64,000 nucleotides of DNA, from IMG/VR virus record IMGVR_UViG_3300042341_001047; one strand, 5' to 3'. The stretch is from a virus. This document shows positions 19,666-29,897 of this stretch, in pieces. How positions within the stretch are numbered: the first letter of the stretch is position 1; each line of letters begins with the position of its first letter. A program made the translations under genes and the position numbers. The notes below the pieces were generated by a model. It was not told the DNA's origin, searched no databases, and worked only from the letters and a program-made list of their open reading frames with translations.

Positions 19666-19680
19666 ACAAAAAAGACCAGT

Positions 19681-20373
19681 TTAACTGGTCTTTTTTGTTT
19701 TAATATAGTTTGATAAGTTCTCCCAAAGTATTTTATAAATATCATCAAATTGATTATACCTAATTCTAATTGAATCAATATAATTATCTTCACAATAATC
19801 TTTTTTTATTTTATCTACTTCTTTAATTAAATAATGTTCTTTACTTAAATACTCAATTGTAGTTCTTCTATTAGGTAAATAAAATTGAAATATATTATTA
19901 TCTAAGTTTTTATTTTCATCATATTCAATTTGATACTTATCTAAAAACTCTTTAATATCATTTATTCCTTCTTTATCACAATTATTGATCTTATCTCTTA
20001 ATAGACTTTCCTCGTTATTTCTAAATTCAGGAGCAAGGCCTAGTAAGTGTGAGCTAGACCTTTGTTCGTAAACAATACCATTATAAATTATCTTAATATT
20101 ATTAAGAGCACCAGTATATTCAGTTAAAGAGTAATCATATTTGTCTTTCCAAATATTTTTGGCTTCTAAAATAAAATCTTCAGTTGTCTTTCTTTTAATA
20201 GACTTCTCAGGACATCTACCCATCAAATGTTTAGAGATGGATTGAGTATAAATCTCACCATTATATTCAATTTCTATTCTATCATTTAAGGTAACCTTAT
20301 CTGATAAATTTAAATAATTGTATTTATAACCGTGTGTATTTCTAGCTTTTTCTAAAAATTCTAACCTTTTCAT
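19681..20373 (-). CDS. Putative homing endonuclease (DUF723-like repeats plus degenerate Vsr/DUF559-like domain)
   Basis: FLEKARNTHGYKYNY / FILEAKNIWKDKYDY repeats; FYLP..IEY..H..D..K..YC...IRIRY C-terminus. Confidence 0.6.
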   Translation of the reverse strand: MKRLEFLEKARNTHGYKYNYLNLSDKVTLNDRIEIEYNGEIYTQSISKHLMGRCPEKSIKRKTTEDFILEAKNIWKDKYDYSLTEYTGALNNIKIIYNGIVYEQRSSSHLLGLAPEFRNNEESLLRDKINNCDKEGINDIKEFLDKYQIEYDENKNLDNNIFQFYLPNRRTTIEYLSKEHYLIKEVDKIKKDYCEDNYIDSIRIRYNQFDDIYKILWENLSNYIKTKKTS

Positions 20374-20477
20374 ATAGTATATATAAAAATCTTTACCTCC
20401 TTTCAACATTTTTTTAATTTTTCTTGAAAGAGGGAGTAAGTTTCTTAATATATAAAGTATAAAAATAATTAATTAAA

Positions 20478-21716
20478 ATGGCAAAACAATCAGGTAAAGA
20501 AGTAAAAAGATTCGAATTTAGTAAGGTAGGAACTATATTAGATAATATAGCAAAATCAACTCCAATTTTAATCGAAAAAGAACTGAAAGAAAGAAATTAT
20601 ATTTCAACTGGAAATTATCTTTTAGATGCGGCTCTTTCTGCAAAATTAGTAGGAGGTGGTATTTTAGGAGGTAGAATATTCGGACTTTTAGGAGAATCTG
20701 GTGCAGGTAAGTCATTTATCGCTTACTCTATATGTAAATCAGCTCAAAGAAAGCAAGATTATAGTGTGATATACATTGATACTGAGAACTCAATAGATAT
20801 CGAAGGTATAGCTAAAATGGGCATTGATAACTCACCAGAAAAATTCAGATTAATTAGATCTAATAAAGTTGAAGATATAAATATTACATTAACACAACTA
20901 TTAGATGAATTAAAAAATCAAAAAATGGCAGGATATGAAATTCCAAAGATTCTAATAGTATTAGACTCTATTGGTATGATGTCTTCTAACAAAGAAAAAG
21001 CGGATTTACTAAAAGGTGATATGAAACAAGATATGACTAGAGCTAAACAATTAAATGCTCTTTTTAGAAGTATTAGTTCTGATCTTGGATATTTAGATAT
21101 CCCCATGGTATGCTGCAACCATACATACTTGACACAAGATTTATTTCCAAGAGAAATAAGTAAGGGTGGTATGGGTCTAGTTTATTCAGCTTCAGTTTTA
21201 GGTTTTCTATCTAAATCAAAATTGAAAACAGGAGATGAGGATGATATGGACTTAGGCCAATCAGGTATCTCGGTTCTTTTCAAAACTCAAAAGAACCGTT
21301 TAGCCAAACCTAAGAAAATTAGATTTGATATCTCTTTTCTAAATGGTTTAAATCCTTACACTGGATTAGATGCTTTCTGTCGTCCAGAATATTTTGAACA
21401 AATTGGTATCGCTAAAGGTAAAATGGATGTTGATAAGAAAACAGGCGAAATGACTTTCATCCCAGGTGGTATCAGATGGTATGTTAATCACTTAAATAAA
21501 TCAGTTACAACAAAACAATTATTTTCATCTGAGATATTTACTCAAGAAGTTCTTGAAAAAATGGCACCAATTGTAAATGATTATTTCAGATTTAGATCAT
21601 TGGATGAAATTGAAGATGTTGAAAAACAATTTAATAGTGTAATCGGAGAAGATGAAGACGAAGATGAATCAAATGGATTCACAGATGCCGCTGACGCAGA
21701 TGATATCTTTGGATAA
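20478..21716 (+). CDS. uvsX: UvsX/RecA-like recombinase
   Basis: GESGAGKS, YIDTE, IVLDSIG, DMTRAK, NHTY, GG.G..YSAS; acidic tail. Confidence 0.9.
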   Translation: MAKQSGKEVKRFEFSKVGTILDNIAKSTPILIEKELKERNYISTGNYLLDAALSAKLVGGGILGGRIFGLLGESGAGKSFIAYSICKSAQRKQDYSVIYIDTENSIDIEGIAKMGIDNSPEKFRLIRSNKVEDINITLTQLLDELKNQKMAGYEIPKILIVLDSIGMMSSNKEKADLLKGDMKQDMTRAKQLNALFRSISSDLGYLDIPMVCCNHTYLTQDLFPREISKGGMGLVYSASVLGFLSKSKLKTGDEDDMDLGQSGISVLFKTQKNRLAKPKKIRFDISFLNGLNPYTGLDAFCRPEYFEQIGIAKGKMDVDKKTGEMTFIPGGIRWYVNHLNKSVTTKQLFSSEIFTQEVLEKMAPIVNDYFRFRSLDEIEDVEKQFNSVIGEDEDEDESNGFTDAADADDIFG

Positions 21717-21769
21717 TATTAAAAATAAAGTCGAAGAGTACTTAACTCTAAAAAATAAAATAAATTAAA

Positions 21770-21946
21770 ATGACAAAACAAGAAATCTACGAACAGTTAA
21801 AACAACTTTGGGAGCAATTCGAAGCTGGACACAATGGTACAACTAAAGTATCTGATTCAAGAGCTCGTAAAGCTTTAGGTGAAGTTAAGAAATTAATTAC
21901 TCCTTACAGAGCAGCTTCTACTGAAGAAGGTAAAGCAAAAAAATAA
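21770..21946 (+). CDS. Unannotated 58-aa histone H1-like (Hc1-type) nucleoid protein
   Basis: Manual translation MTKQEIYEQLKQLWEQFEAGHNGTTKVSDSRARKALGEVKKLITPYRAASTEEGKAKK; RARK..L...K.....R..S pattern. Confidence 0.65.
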   Translation: MTKQEIYEQLKQLWEQFEAGHNGTTKVSDSRARKALGEVKKLITPYRAASTEEGKAKK

Positions 21947-21962
21947 AACAAAATCAATTCCA

Positions 21963-22181
21963 ATGAAAAATATGATAAAATCGCTATTAGTGGAAAGAAA
22001 TGTGGAAAGTAAAAACTTTTCAGATGAAATATTATATAAAGTTGGAATGGACAATGTTAGAGATAACATTGAATTCTATCACGACAAAACATTCACTTGT
22101 GAGTCAGTGATAAAAGAATTGTTTATTAGAGGTATAATTAATTATATCGAGAAAAATAGGTTTCCTTATTTAGAAAAATAA
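21963..22181 (+). CDS. Hypothetical protein
   Basis: ORF track. Confidence 0.5.
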   Translation: MKNMIKSLLVERNVESKNFSDEILYKVGMDNVRDNIEFYHDKTFTCESVIKELFIRGIINYIEKNRFPYLEK

Positions 22182-22216
22182 GGTGGTGGATGTTCGGAAG
22201 TGATTCGGGCCCAAAA

Positions 22217-22252
22217 GAAAACCCTCTGAATTAATTTTCAGAGGGTTTTTTT
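22217..22252. terminator. Bidirectional terminator
   Basis: AAAACCCTCTGAA...TTCAGAGGGTTTT. Confidence 0.8.
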
Positions 22253-22707
22253 GTTGACGTATAAATAGTTCTGTATATAGAAATACACCAATAAATAATA
22301 TTTAAACCACCATAGACTAAATATAAACTTAAATTCATTCCAAAAAGCTTAAATACTATATCTAAAATGATAAAAAAACAAACAGATATTAAAAAATACC
22401 TATTTAGTTTATCAAATTTTTGAGTGACTACAAATTTTTGAAATTTATACTTTATAATTAAGTAAGGATGTTGTAATAAAGATATTTTTCTATCTCTACT
22501 ACAAGGTATGCAGATTTTTGAATAATCCTCTGATTTCATCAATCTTTCGAAAGTTTCTTTTTCAGATAAGTTCAAATCATCTTTGCAATTATAGCATATT
22601 TTACCTTTTTTTATCTCCCAACTTAATGAGTTTCTTTTTTTCAAAATTAAAATTTGAAAAAAAACAAAAAATATGGGTAAAAAACAATATATGATTGAAA
22701 ACATCAT
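22231..22707 (-). CDS. Membrane protein with CxxC...CxxC zinc site
   Basis: Three hydrophobic segments; CYNC, CIPC. Confidence 0.6.
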   Translation of the reverse strand: MMFSIIYCFLPIFFVFFQILILKKRNSLSWEIKKGKICYNCKDDLNLSEKETFERLMKSEDYSKICIPCSRDRKISLLQHPYLIIKYKFQKFVVTQKFDKLNRYFLISVCFFIILDIVFKLFGMNLSLYLVYGGLNIIYWCISIYRTIYTSTKKPSEN

Positions 22708-23156
22708 CCTAAAATTAATTTTAAAAAATTATCTCTCTTATCCATCTTAGATAAAGACTTAACACACTCTGGCCCTAAACCATTTAAGATACTAGAAGGT
22801 ACAGTAAGTGTTCTACCACATTTACCACATTTACCCTCGTGCCAAGCTTCAATGAAGTCAGGTAGAGTATTTGTTTTTAGTTTATTAAGAACATACTCAA
22901 ATACTTTAACGGATTGAGCATCTTTAGAAATTGCTGATTTTTTACCATGTCTATAGATACCTTCAATACAAGTACCAATATAGGAATATGTTTCAGGACC
23001 CGTCAAAACACTAATAAAAAACATATTAGAGTCTTTGGCTTGTTTTACTTTGAATGTAAAACGATTTCCTGTTTTTGAGTTAAGTAATGTAACAAGTGAT
23101 TTACCTGCAAAGATAAATTTAAGTGCTTCTGAGTTATTTAATTTATGTCCTTCCAT
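22704..23156 (-). CDS. DUF6011-like zinc-ribbon protein
   Basis: CGKCGRTLTVPSSILNGLGPEC. Confidence 0.75.
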   Translation of the reverse strand: MEGHKLNNSEALKFIFAGKSLVTLLNSKTGNRFTFKVKQAKDSNMFFISVLTGPETYSYIGTCIEGIYRHGKKSAISKDAQSVKVFEYVLNKLKTNTLPDFIEAWHEGKCGKCGRTLTVPSSILNGLGPECVKSLSKMDKRDNFLKLILG

Positions 23157-23175
23157 TTTGTAGTGATTTATAATA

Positions 23176-23206
23176 CAAATATAAGGAAAATATCTTAATA
23201 GTCAAA
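23176..23206 (-). promoter_or_regulatory. Bacteroidota-type promoter (TTTG-N19-TATATTTG)
   Basis: Perfect -33/-7 consensus. Confidence 0.75.
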
Positions 23207-23221
23207 TATAATATATAAATT

Positions 23222-23623
23222 ATGATTAAAAGATTTCAACAATTTATAACTGAAAGATTCTCACTTCAAAATGATTTTGGAGTGACATATAGTGAATTGG
23301 ATGAGATAATGTATTATATTACTGATGAATTTCAAAATCTAGGATGGTCAGTTGAAGATTCATCACAATCATCTTTAATAGAACAAGATGATAATTGTTT
23401 TATAATTGAATTATATGATAAAACGATTGATTTCCCATCTGATATGCCAGTTCTTCATTATATTGAACCAAAAGTTTTCGAGTTAATATCAGATGTTAAT
23501 AGTCAATTAAAACAATATGAACTGGAAGTTTACACATCAGACTTTGGATCAACTGATGCTTATTATGAGTTAGTAATATCTAAAATAGACCACACACCTA
23601 AAGATAGACAAAGAGGTTGGTAG
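23222..23623 (+). CDS. Hypothetical protein with CTS-like N-terminus
   Basis: MIKRFQQFITE behind TAATATATA. Confidence 0.6.
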   Translation: MIKRFQQFITERFSLQNDFGVTYSELDEIMYYITDEFQNLGWSVEDSSQSSLIEQDDNCFIIELYDKTIDFPSDMPVLHYIEPKVFELISDVNSQLKQYELEVYTSDFGSTDAYYELVISKIDHTPKDRQRGW

Positions 23624-23642
23624 ATTCTTACTATATAGAATT

Positions 23643-24365
23643 ATGAATATAGTAGCAGTCGATCCATCACTTATTTCAACAGCTCTTGTAGTTACATCAG
23701 GAGATACATTTAAGATTTATAATTATTGTAGAGAGTCATCTGCTTTTGGTAAAACAGGTATCAAAAAATGGTTCAAATTAGCTGAAGAGTTTGTAACTTA
23801 TAAGTTTATTGAATATAGAGAATTTGAAGATTACTCAGAAGGAGAACTAACAAAGTTAAAAGATTATGATAAAATAACAGATGATATCATAAAAGATATT
23901 TTAGATAATATAGATTCAACTAAACCAACTAAGATAGGAATCGAAGGTTATTCATTCTCATCAACTGCTGGTGATATTATTGACTTAGTTACATTCTCAA
24001 CTCTTTTAAGAAAGAAACTATTTGATGAAATATCAGAAGATATTACGGTTCTTTCTCCATCAACACTTAAATTAGAGTCTTGTAAATTGACTTATCCACC
24101 TATTATTAAAGAAATTGGAGGAAAGAAACCAAGACAAGAATTTATTTGGAGGAATTCAATTGGTGTTTCTGGTGGAAACTTTAAAAAACCAGAGATGTTC
24201 AAGTCTATTATTGATAATAATGATTTAAATGATTTTTGGGCAAAACATTGTAAGTTATCAAAATCAGATGTTTTATCTATTTCGGTTATACCAAAACCAT
24301 ATGAAGATGTTAATGACGCTTACTTAATCTATAAAGTATTAGAAAAACAAAACCCACTTAATTAG
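23643..24365 (+). CDS. RuvC-like Holliday junction resolvase
   Basis: AVDPSL, IEGYSF, PSTLK, DVNDAY acidic catalytic set. Confidence 0.75.
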   Translation: MNIVAVDPSLISTALVVTSGDTFKIYNYCRESSAFGKTGIKKWFKLAEEFVTYKFIEYREFEDYSEGELTKLKDYDKITDDIIKDILDNIDSTKPTKIGIEGYSFSSTAGDIIDLVTFSTLLRKKLFDEISEDITVLSPSTLKLESCKLTYPPIIKEIGGKKPRQEFIWRNSIGVSGGNFKKPEMFKSIIDNNDLNDFWAKHCKLSKSDVLSISVIPKPYEDVNDAYLIYKVLEKQNPLN

Positions 24366-24376
24366 GTGGGTTTTTT
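24349..24376. terminator. Bidirectional terminator (ACCCAC family)
   Basis: AAAACCCACTTA-at-TAGGTGGGTTTT. Confidence 0.8.
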
Positions 24377-24379
24377 AAT

Positions 24380-26371
24380 TTAACTTTCATATTGTTTAAT
24401 CTTATCTTCAAGATATTCAATTGTTTTCTTTTTAATTTCAGGTGATGTTTTTCTACTATGACTTAACCAAGTTAAAGCTGCTTTGAATCCACCTTTAACA
24501 CCTTTTTCTATCATTATATCAATGAAATCTAATCTACCATACTCTGCTGCCCATTTAACTGGCATGTTTCTACCAGAATCATCTGCTAATTTAGCACCAT
24601 ACTTAACAAGTAATTGGAATACATCTAAGTATCCTTCTCCAATATCATCAATATTTTTCCAACCACCTCTACAACATCTTCTTATTGGAAGTGAGTTGTC
24701 AAAGTTAGGATTTAATCCTTGTTTCAAACAATATTCAACAGCATTAACATCATTACAAATATTATTAAATACTTCTCCTGTTAATTCAGAACCATTAGAT
24801 ACCAATAATTTAATCATATCTAAGTCTTGAGCTTTATTAACAATAGCGTCTGCTTTACTTCTTAAGTTTGGAGAACCACCTAATTCTAAAATAACTTTAG
24901 CTTTCTCGTGATTGTTTTCTTCAACAGCATGTAAGAGAGCTACACAATTATCTTTATTGATATTAGCGCCATCTTCTTTAACATATTGTTTAATCTTTTC
25001 AATTGAAAGTCCTTTCTTAACTATTTCTCTTTCAGCAAGTTTTGCTCTTTCTCTTCTAGTGATTTCTTCTTGAGTCATTGGTTTAAGCTGAGCAAAAAGA
25101 TCTTCCTTAATATCATATTCACCTTCCCATTTTTTAAGAAGATTTTTAATTGAACTAAGAATATTAGCGTCGTCTTTAGCATGAGCCGCTCTTACTGATT
25201 GACCTGGTTGAATAGTAATACCAATAGTAGATAAGTTATCATATTGAGGAATATTAAAGTTATAAATATAATATTGTTTGTTATTATGGTTACCAACATA
25301 GTTTTCCCACTGAGAAGAATAATCTTTAATACAATGTCGTGTATGACCATTTAACATCTGATTAGCTTGAAAAGACTTAACTTCAATAATTAAGATACCA
25401 TTATCTTCAAATACGGTATCAGAACCTAAGTAACCATACTTCTCATTACAAGCATTAATCTTATCATAAAAAGCAATAATTGAATCATTTTCTGATGATT
25501 TCAAGTAGTTCTGAGCCGCTTTGATAAACTCTCTAATATTTTTATATCTGAAAAGAGGTCCGAAATATCTTTTATCACCTTTCTTATAAGCTTTACCATG
25601 AATAACTTGGTCAGCATCAATTATTCTAACCTCACCAAAGAATGATTTCCATAGTCTTTCTTTTTTAACTTCATCTTTACCACCTAATTGATCAAATCCT
25701 CTACAAACTTCAGCAAATTGGTCTTTAATAACTTCTGGTGAATCCATATAATCTTTTTTCAACACCGGAGTTAATTTATCAATTACTTTTTTAATTTTTT
25801 TATAATCCTCTAAACTATCTAATCCATCAATAAGTGCCTCTGCATTATTTGGAATATTTGGATCGATAAAATTAGCATCAAACTTTTTAGGAAGTCTATC
25901 AAGTAATCCAGAATATTCAACAAGTTTAGATAGAATGTTATTAGGTGCTTCAATTTCTTTACCATCAACTTCAATTTTCTCTACTCTTGTAAATAACTCT
26001 TCCATTGAAACCATCTCAACAAAAAAGAAATAAGTAAATGGATAAGTCCACCCTATGTGTTTTTGACCTAAATACTCTCTAATCTTTAAGAAGTCTGGAT
26101 TTCTCTCAATATTTCTTACTTCTTCATCTTTTAGTCTAAGTTCTCTTAACTTTAATTTGATCTCACTTTGTTGTTCTGGAGTAAAGTCACCTAAAGTCAA
26201 ACATCTTTTTTCTTTATGATCCAACTGAGCTTTTAACTCACCTTCAACAAATCCAAGGTTAGTAGCAGCAGTAGTTAACAAATAAGTATCTTTCAAGAAT
26301 TTTTTAGCCTTATCAAGATTTTCGTTTAATGGTTTCTCACCTAAAAATTGATTATATTTAAATAGTTTCAT
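24380..26371 (-). CDS. Ankyrin-repeat protein with CTS-like N-terminus
   Basis: GANINKDNCVALLHAVEENN, LLVSNGS, PVKWAAEYGRLD repeats; MKLFKYNQFL. Confidence 0.75.
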   Translation of the reverse strand: MKLFKYNQFLGEKPLNENLDKAKKFLKDTYLLTTAATNLGFVEGELKAQLDHKEKRCLTLGDFTPEQQSEIKLKLRELRLKDEEVRNIERNPDFLKIREYLGQKHIGWTYPFTYFFFVEMVSMEELFTRVEKIEVDGKEIEAPNNILSKLVEYSGLLDRLPKKFDANFIDPNIPNNAEALIDGLDSLEDYKKIKKVIDKLTPVLKKDYMDSPEVIKDQFAEVCRGFDQLGGKDEVKKERLWKSFFGEVRIIDADQVIHGKAYKKGDKRYFGPLFRYKNIREFIKAAQNYLKSSENDSIIAFYDKINACNEKYGYLGSDTVFEDNGILIIEVKSFQANQMLNGHTRHCIKDYSSQWENYVGNHNNKQYYIYNFNIPQYDNLSTIGITIQPGQSVRAAHAKDDANILSSIKNLLKKWEGEYDIKEDLFAQLKPMTQEEITRRERAKLAEREIVKKGLSIEKIKQYVKEDGANINKDNCVALLHAVEENNHEKAKVILELGGSPNLRSKADAIVNKAQDLDMIKLLVSNGSELTGEVFNNICNDVNAVEYCLKQGLNPNFDNSLPIRRCCRGGWKNIDDIGEGYLDVFQLLVKYGAKLADDSGRNMPVKWAAEYGRLDFIDIMIEKGVKGGFKAALTWLSHSRKTSPEIKKKTIEYLEDKIKQYES

Positions 26372-26379
26372 TTTAGTTA

Positions 26380-28137
26380 TTATTTTATTCTTGTATGAAA
26401 GCTATGGCCCTCATTAATTCTTTCTAATTCTTTTAGATAAATTTCTTTACCTTCTTTCATATATTGAGCTAACATTTGAACTTTTTTATAGTCACCCTCA
26501 TCTAAAGCAGCATCAATTAACTCTTGTAATTCTCTTGGAGTTAAATCAGCATAATCTACTTCACCTTCAGTTTCTTCAGATCCACCATATAAACTTTGTT
26601 TAACTAATTTATCAATGTCAGATTCTTCTTCTTCTTTACCTGGCTCCATAGTACCATCTTCTTCCTCTTCTTGACGATATTTTTCTTCTTCCTGACGATA
26701 TTTTTCTTCTTCTTGTCTTTCCTTTTCTTCTTGTTCCCATTCAGCAATTTCTCTATTATAGTCTTCGATATCTTCAACGATATAGTCAACTATCTTTTTG
26801 ATTTCTGTTTTAGCTAAAGATGAATTGAATTTTTGTTCATTAATAACAAATTCAATTTTACCACCTCTTTCAACACTATCAAATACAGAGAACATACTTT
26901 TCATAATATCTAAGAATTGTTTATCAGTTCTAGCAATATCTGCTTTCTTTTTCAAAAATTGTTTATGTTCTTCAGGAGCATTTTTAACTTCTTCTTGAGC
27001 TCTTTCTTTATCAACAGCTAACATTGTAAATACTCTTGTTTCTAATCTTTTATAATCATTAGATTCAGAAAATTTATTAACAAAAGTTAATAACATTTGT
27101 AAAGCTGGTGGTCCATATCTAAAGTCTTGAGCTTCATCCATAAAAGATGAAGTAGCTTTTTTAACTATTTCTGCAGTTTTCTTATCTTTCTTGATAGCAC
27201 CAGATTGTAAGAAAAGGAATATACCTTTAATTGTCTCGTGAATCAACATTGGAAAATCAACACCAGCAGATTTAATAACTATTTTAGTAGCTTCTTTTTC
27301 TAAAAGAAGATTCATATTATAAAAGTTACCTGACAAACTTTCCCATTTAACTTGAACAGCTCCAGCCATACCACCTGGTTGATTTCTCATCATACTAGCT
27401 TTTCTATCAATTGGAATAACCCAGTCCATTTTATCAGCGATATCTGACATTTGAACCCATAAGTTTAATATTGTTCTATAACCATCACCGAAAATTTGTT
27501 GTAAACCTTCATCAACAATATCAGAAGCTCTAATAATATCTTTTGTAGATTTACCAGCGGCTTGAGTAATCATATTAAGAATCTTTTTCTTTTCAACCGC
27601 ATCAACTAAATCAGTTCCAGGAACTTCTTCTTGTTCTTCATCTGATCCAGACTCTTGATTTTCATCTTGGTCCTCATCTTGGTCCTCTTGGTCTCTCTCA
27701 TCTTGCTCTTCTTGGTCTTGTTCAGTAGGCTGTTTAGCTTGTTGAGGAACTTCATTAATATCTCCAATTTCTCTATTAACAGAACCCATCGGTACTAATT
27801 TAATATCTAATTCAATTGGCTTAATAGATGAATCTAAAATTTCACCGAATTGATCTCTTACTACTTTCTCAGCTAACTTTTCTAATTTAGCAATTCTTTC
27901 TTGTACTTCTTGTTGTGATAATCTTTGTCCATTAGGACCTGTTGATAAAATTTGTTGAGATTGTCTCATAGCACCTTCAAAAGATGGCCAAAGATTTCTC
28001 ATTTGAGACTCATCATCAGGTCTGATACCTAAATTTCTTGCAGCTTCTTCATCAGATTTACGCATGAAATCAGTAGGGACTCCCTTATTTCCTCTCAAAT
28101 CAACTTCTTCTTTTATAAATTTTTCAAAATTTTTCAT
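26380..28137 (-). CDS. Large hypothetical protein with CTS-like N-terminus and C-terminal UVR-like helix
   Basis: MKNFEKFIKEE; LIHETIKG; LIDAALDEGDY; RQEEEKY tandem repeats. Confidence 0.6.
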   Translation of the reverse strand: MKNFEKFIKEEVDLRGNKGVPTDFMRKSDEEAARNLGIRPDDESQMRNLWPSFEGAMRQSQQILSTGPNGQRLSQQEVQERIAKLEKLAEKVVRDQFGEILDSSIKPIELDIKLVPMGSVNREIGDINEVPQQAKQPTEQDQEEQDERDQEDQDEDQDENQESGSDEEQEEVPGTDLVDAVEKKKILNMITQAAGKSTKDIIRASDIVDEGLQQIFGDGYRTILNLWVQMSDIADKMDWVIPIDRKASMMRNQPGGMAGAVQVKWESLSGNFYNMNLLLEKEATKIVIKSAGVDFPMLIHETIKGIFLFLQSGAIKKDKKTAEIVKKATSSFMDEAQDFRYGPPALQMLLTFVNKFSESNDYKRLETRVFTMLAVDKERAQEEVKNAPEEHKQFLKKKADIARTDKQFLDIMKSMFSVFDSVERGGKIEFVINEQKFNSSLAKTEIKKIVDYIVEDIEDYNREIAEWEQEEKERQEEEKYRQEEEKYRQEEEEDGTMEPGKEEEESDIDKLVKQSLYGGSEETEGEVDYADLTPRELQELIDAALDEGDYKKVQMLAQYMKEGKEIYLKELERINEGHSFHTRIK

Positions 28138-28145
28138 AGTTAAAA

Positions 28146-28418
28146 TTATTTTTGTTCGAAATAGGAGTCTATTTCTTTTTTATCTTCTTTTGAAGCATCT
28201 GAATAAACAGAACTAAGTCTATCAATTACTTTTTCAGCTGACGCTAAAGGAGCATCTTGTTCAGATGGAACTTCAGTTGGTGTTATACCTGGTCTACTTG
28301 GTCTCGGTCTCGTTGGAGTAGGAGTTGTAGTCGGTGCTGGAGTTGTAGTCGGTGCTGGATTTGCACCCATTACCAATTCCTCACTAACAAAACTCTCAAA
28401 CTTTTTGATAATTCTCAT
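28146..28418 (-). CDS. Small Pro/Thr-rich protein with CTS-like N-terminus
   Basis: MRIIKKFESFVSEE; PAPTTT repeats (18-bp tandem). Confidence 0.65.
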   Translation of the reverse strand: MRIIKKFESFVSEELVMGANPAPTTTPAPTTTPTPTRPRPSRPGITPTEVPSEQDAPLASAEKVIDRLSSVYSDASKEDKKEIDSYFEQK

Positions 28419-28470
28419 ATATAAGTTTATAATTTTTACATTATTATATATTAATTTCTAATCTTCAAAA

Positions 28471-28956
28471 ATGACATTAAAACCAATAAAAAGTTATTAT
28501 GATTACAAACAAGCTAAAAAATACCTAGAGTCTGTATCTTATAATGAATTAACGAAAGAAGAATCTAATGATATTGAAATTCTATCTATTCTAATAGAGG
28601 ACTTTGAAAGAAGAGGTAAACCAAACTTAGAAGATGTAGTTATTGAGCCAATAATTGATTATGTTTACGATTTAGTTGAAAACGCATCTAAATATGAGAA
28701 AAACGGATTAATAGAAAAGGGTCTAAAACTAGGAGAAGAATATGGTGAGTTATCAGCCGAGATTTTAAAATTAAAAGGATATAAAAAAACAACCGAAGAT
28801 GAAGGTAGAATAAACTATAATATTCTATTGGAATCAACCGATTGTTTAATAATGGTATTTGATATTATGTCATCTATGGGATTCACTAAAAAACAAATAT
28901 GTGATATGTCAGAAAAACAAGTTAATAAGTGGTTAAAAAATATAGAAATTAAGTAG
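28471..28956 (+). CDS. MazG-like NTP pyrophosphohydrolase with HigA-like N-terminal helices
   Basis: KLGEEYGELSAE...ESTD MazG motif; N-term LKPIKS..DY..A....IEILSILIEDFE. Confidence 0.7.
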   Translation: MTLKPIKSYYDYKQAKKYLESVSYNELTKEESNDIEILSILIEDFERRGKPNLEDVVIEPIIDYVYDLVENASKYEKNGLIEKGLKLGEEYGELSAEILKLKGYKKTTEDEGRINYNILLESTDCLIMVFDIMSSMGFTKKQICDMSEKQVNKWLKNIEIK

Positions 28957-28957
28957 T

Positions 28958-29389
28958 ATGAAAAAAGCGTATGTTATTTTAAAAAAAGGATTTGAGTATG
29001 ATGATAACATCTACAATGAATCAGATGGTGGTACACCAAATCTAATTGTATTTTCTAAAGAAGATGCTCAATTAAAAGTAAATGAATTAAATATTCAAGA
29101 ATTAAAAAATTGTTCAATATCAGAATACTCATATGATATGGAAGATATTCTTAATGTAGAAATTGATGAATATGATAAATTCAACGAATCTCTAAATACC
29201 AAGTATGGTAAACCAGAATCTAAAAATAGATGGGATTCATTTGAGAATAAACTACATCCAATGGCTAATGAAGAAGAAGCTAATCAATATGTTAAAATGG
29301 TTTCTATTAGTTTTTACGAGGCTGTTGAAACGGATATTGATGTTCAATCTCTTAGAGAAAAACAAGTTTCTAGTATTTTAGACAAGTAA
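28958..29389 (+). CDS. Hypothetical protein ending LREKQVSSIL
   Basis: ORF track. Confidence 0.6.
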   Translation: MKKAYVILKKGFEYDDNIYNESDGGTPNLIVFSKEDAQLKVNELNIQELKNCSISEYSYDMEDILNVEIDEYDKFNESLNTKYGKPESKNRWDSFENKLHPMANEEEANQYVKMVSISFYEAVETDIDVQSLREKQVSSILDK

Positions 29390-29481
29390 ATCAAAATAAT
29401 TATAAATTATCCTCATAGTTTTAATATATAGACTATGAGGATTATTTATTTTAAATAGTTTATAAAAATACCTAATGGAAA

Positions 29482-29868
29482 ATGAAAAAATTTACTAAAA
29501 TATTAGAAGAGGTAGAAAGTGAAAGATTCTACAAAGTAACAGCACAAGTTGAATTAATTATACCTGCTGAGAATGAAGGAGAAGCTGGATATATGTCAGA
29601 CTCTATATTAGCATCTATTGAATACGGTTCTAACTATACAATTGATTTAATCGATGAGACAGATGAAAGAGTAGTAACAGAATCAAAGTCGGAGATAAAA
29701 TCAGAAGTAAAAGGTAATGATTATCAAATGGTTTCTGGTATTATAGATATCCTCAATAAAGTAAAAGATAAAGAAAATAGAATGGAAATAGCAAAAGATA
29801 TGATTTCTCAATTTAAAAGAGAAGATATAAAATTTGATTATGATAAGTTTTTAGATTCAATAAAATAA
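29482..29868 (+). CDS. Hypothetical protein with CTS-like N-terminus
   Basis: MKKFTKILEE. Confidence 0.6.
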   Translation: MKKFTKILEEVESERFYKVTAQVELIIPAENEGEAGYMSDSILASIEYGSNYTIDLIDETDERVVTESKSEIKSEVKGNDYQMVSGIIDILNKVKDKENRMEIAKDMISQFKREDIKFDYDKFLDSIK

Positions 29869-29897
29869 TATATACTACATAAAAATAAAATATTAAA

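Noticed and set aside
22182-22212. Short GC-rich patch before the terminator
   Set aside because: No convincing fold or repeat could be identified
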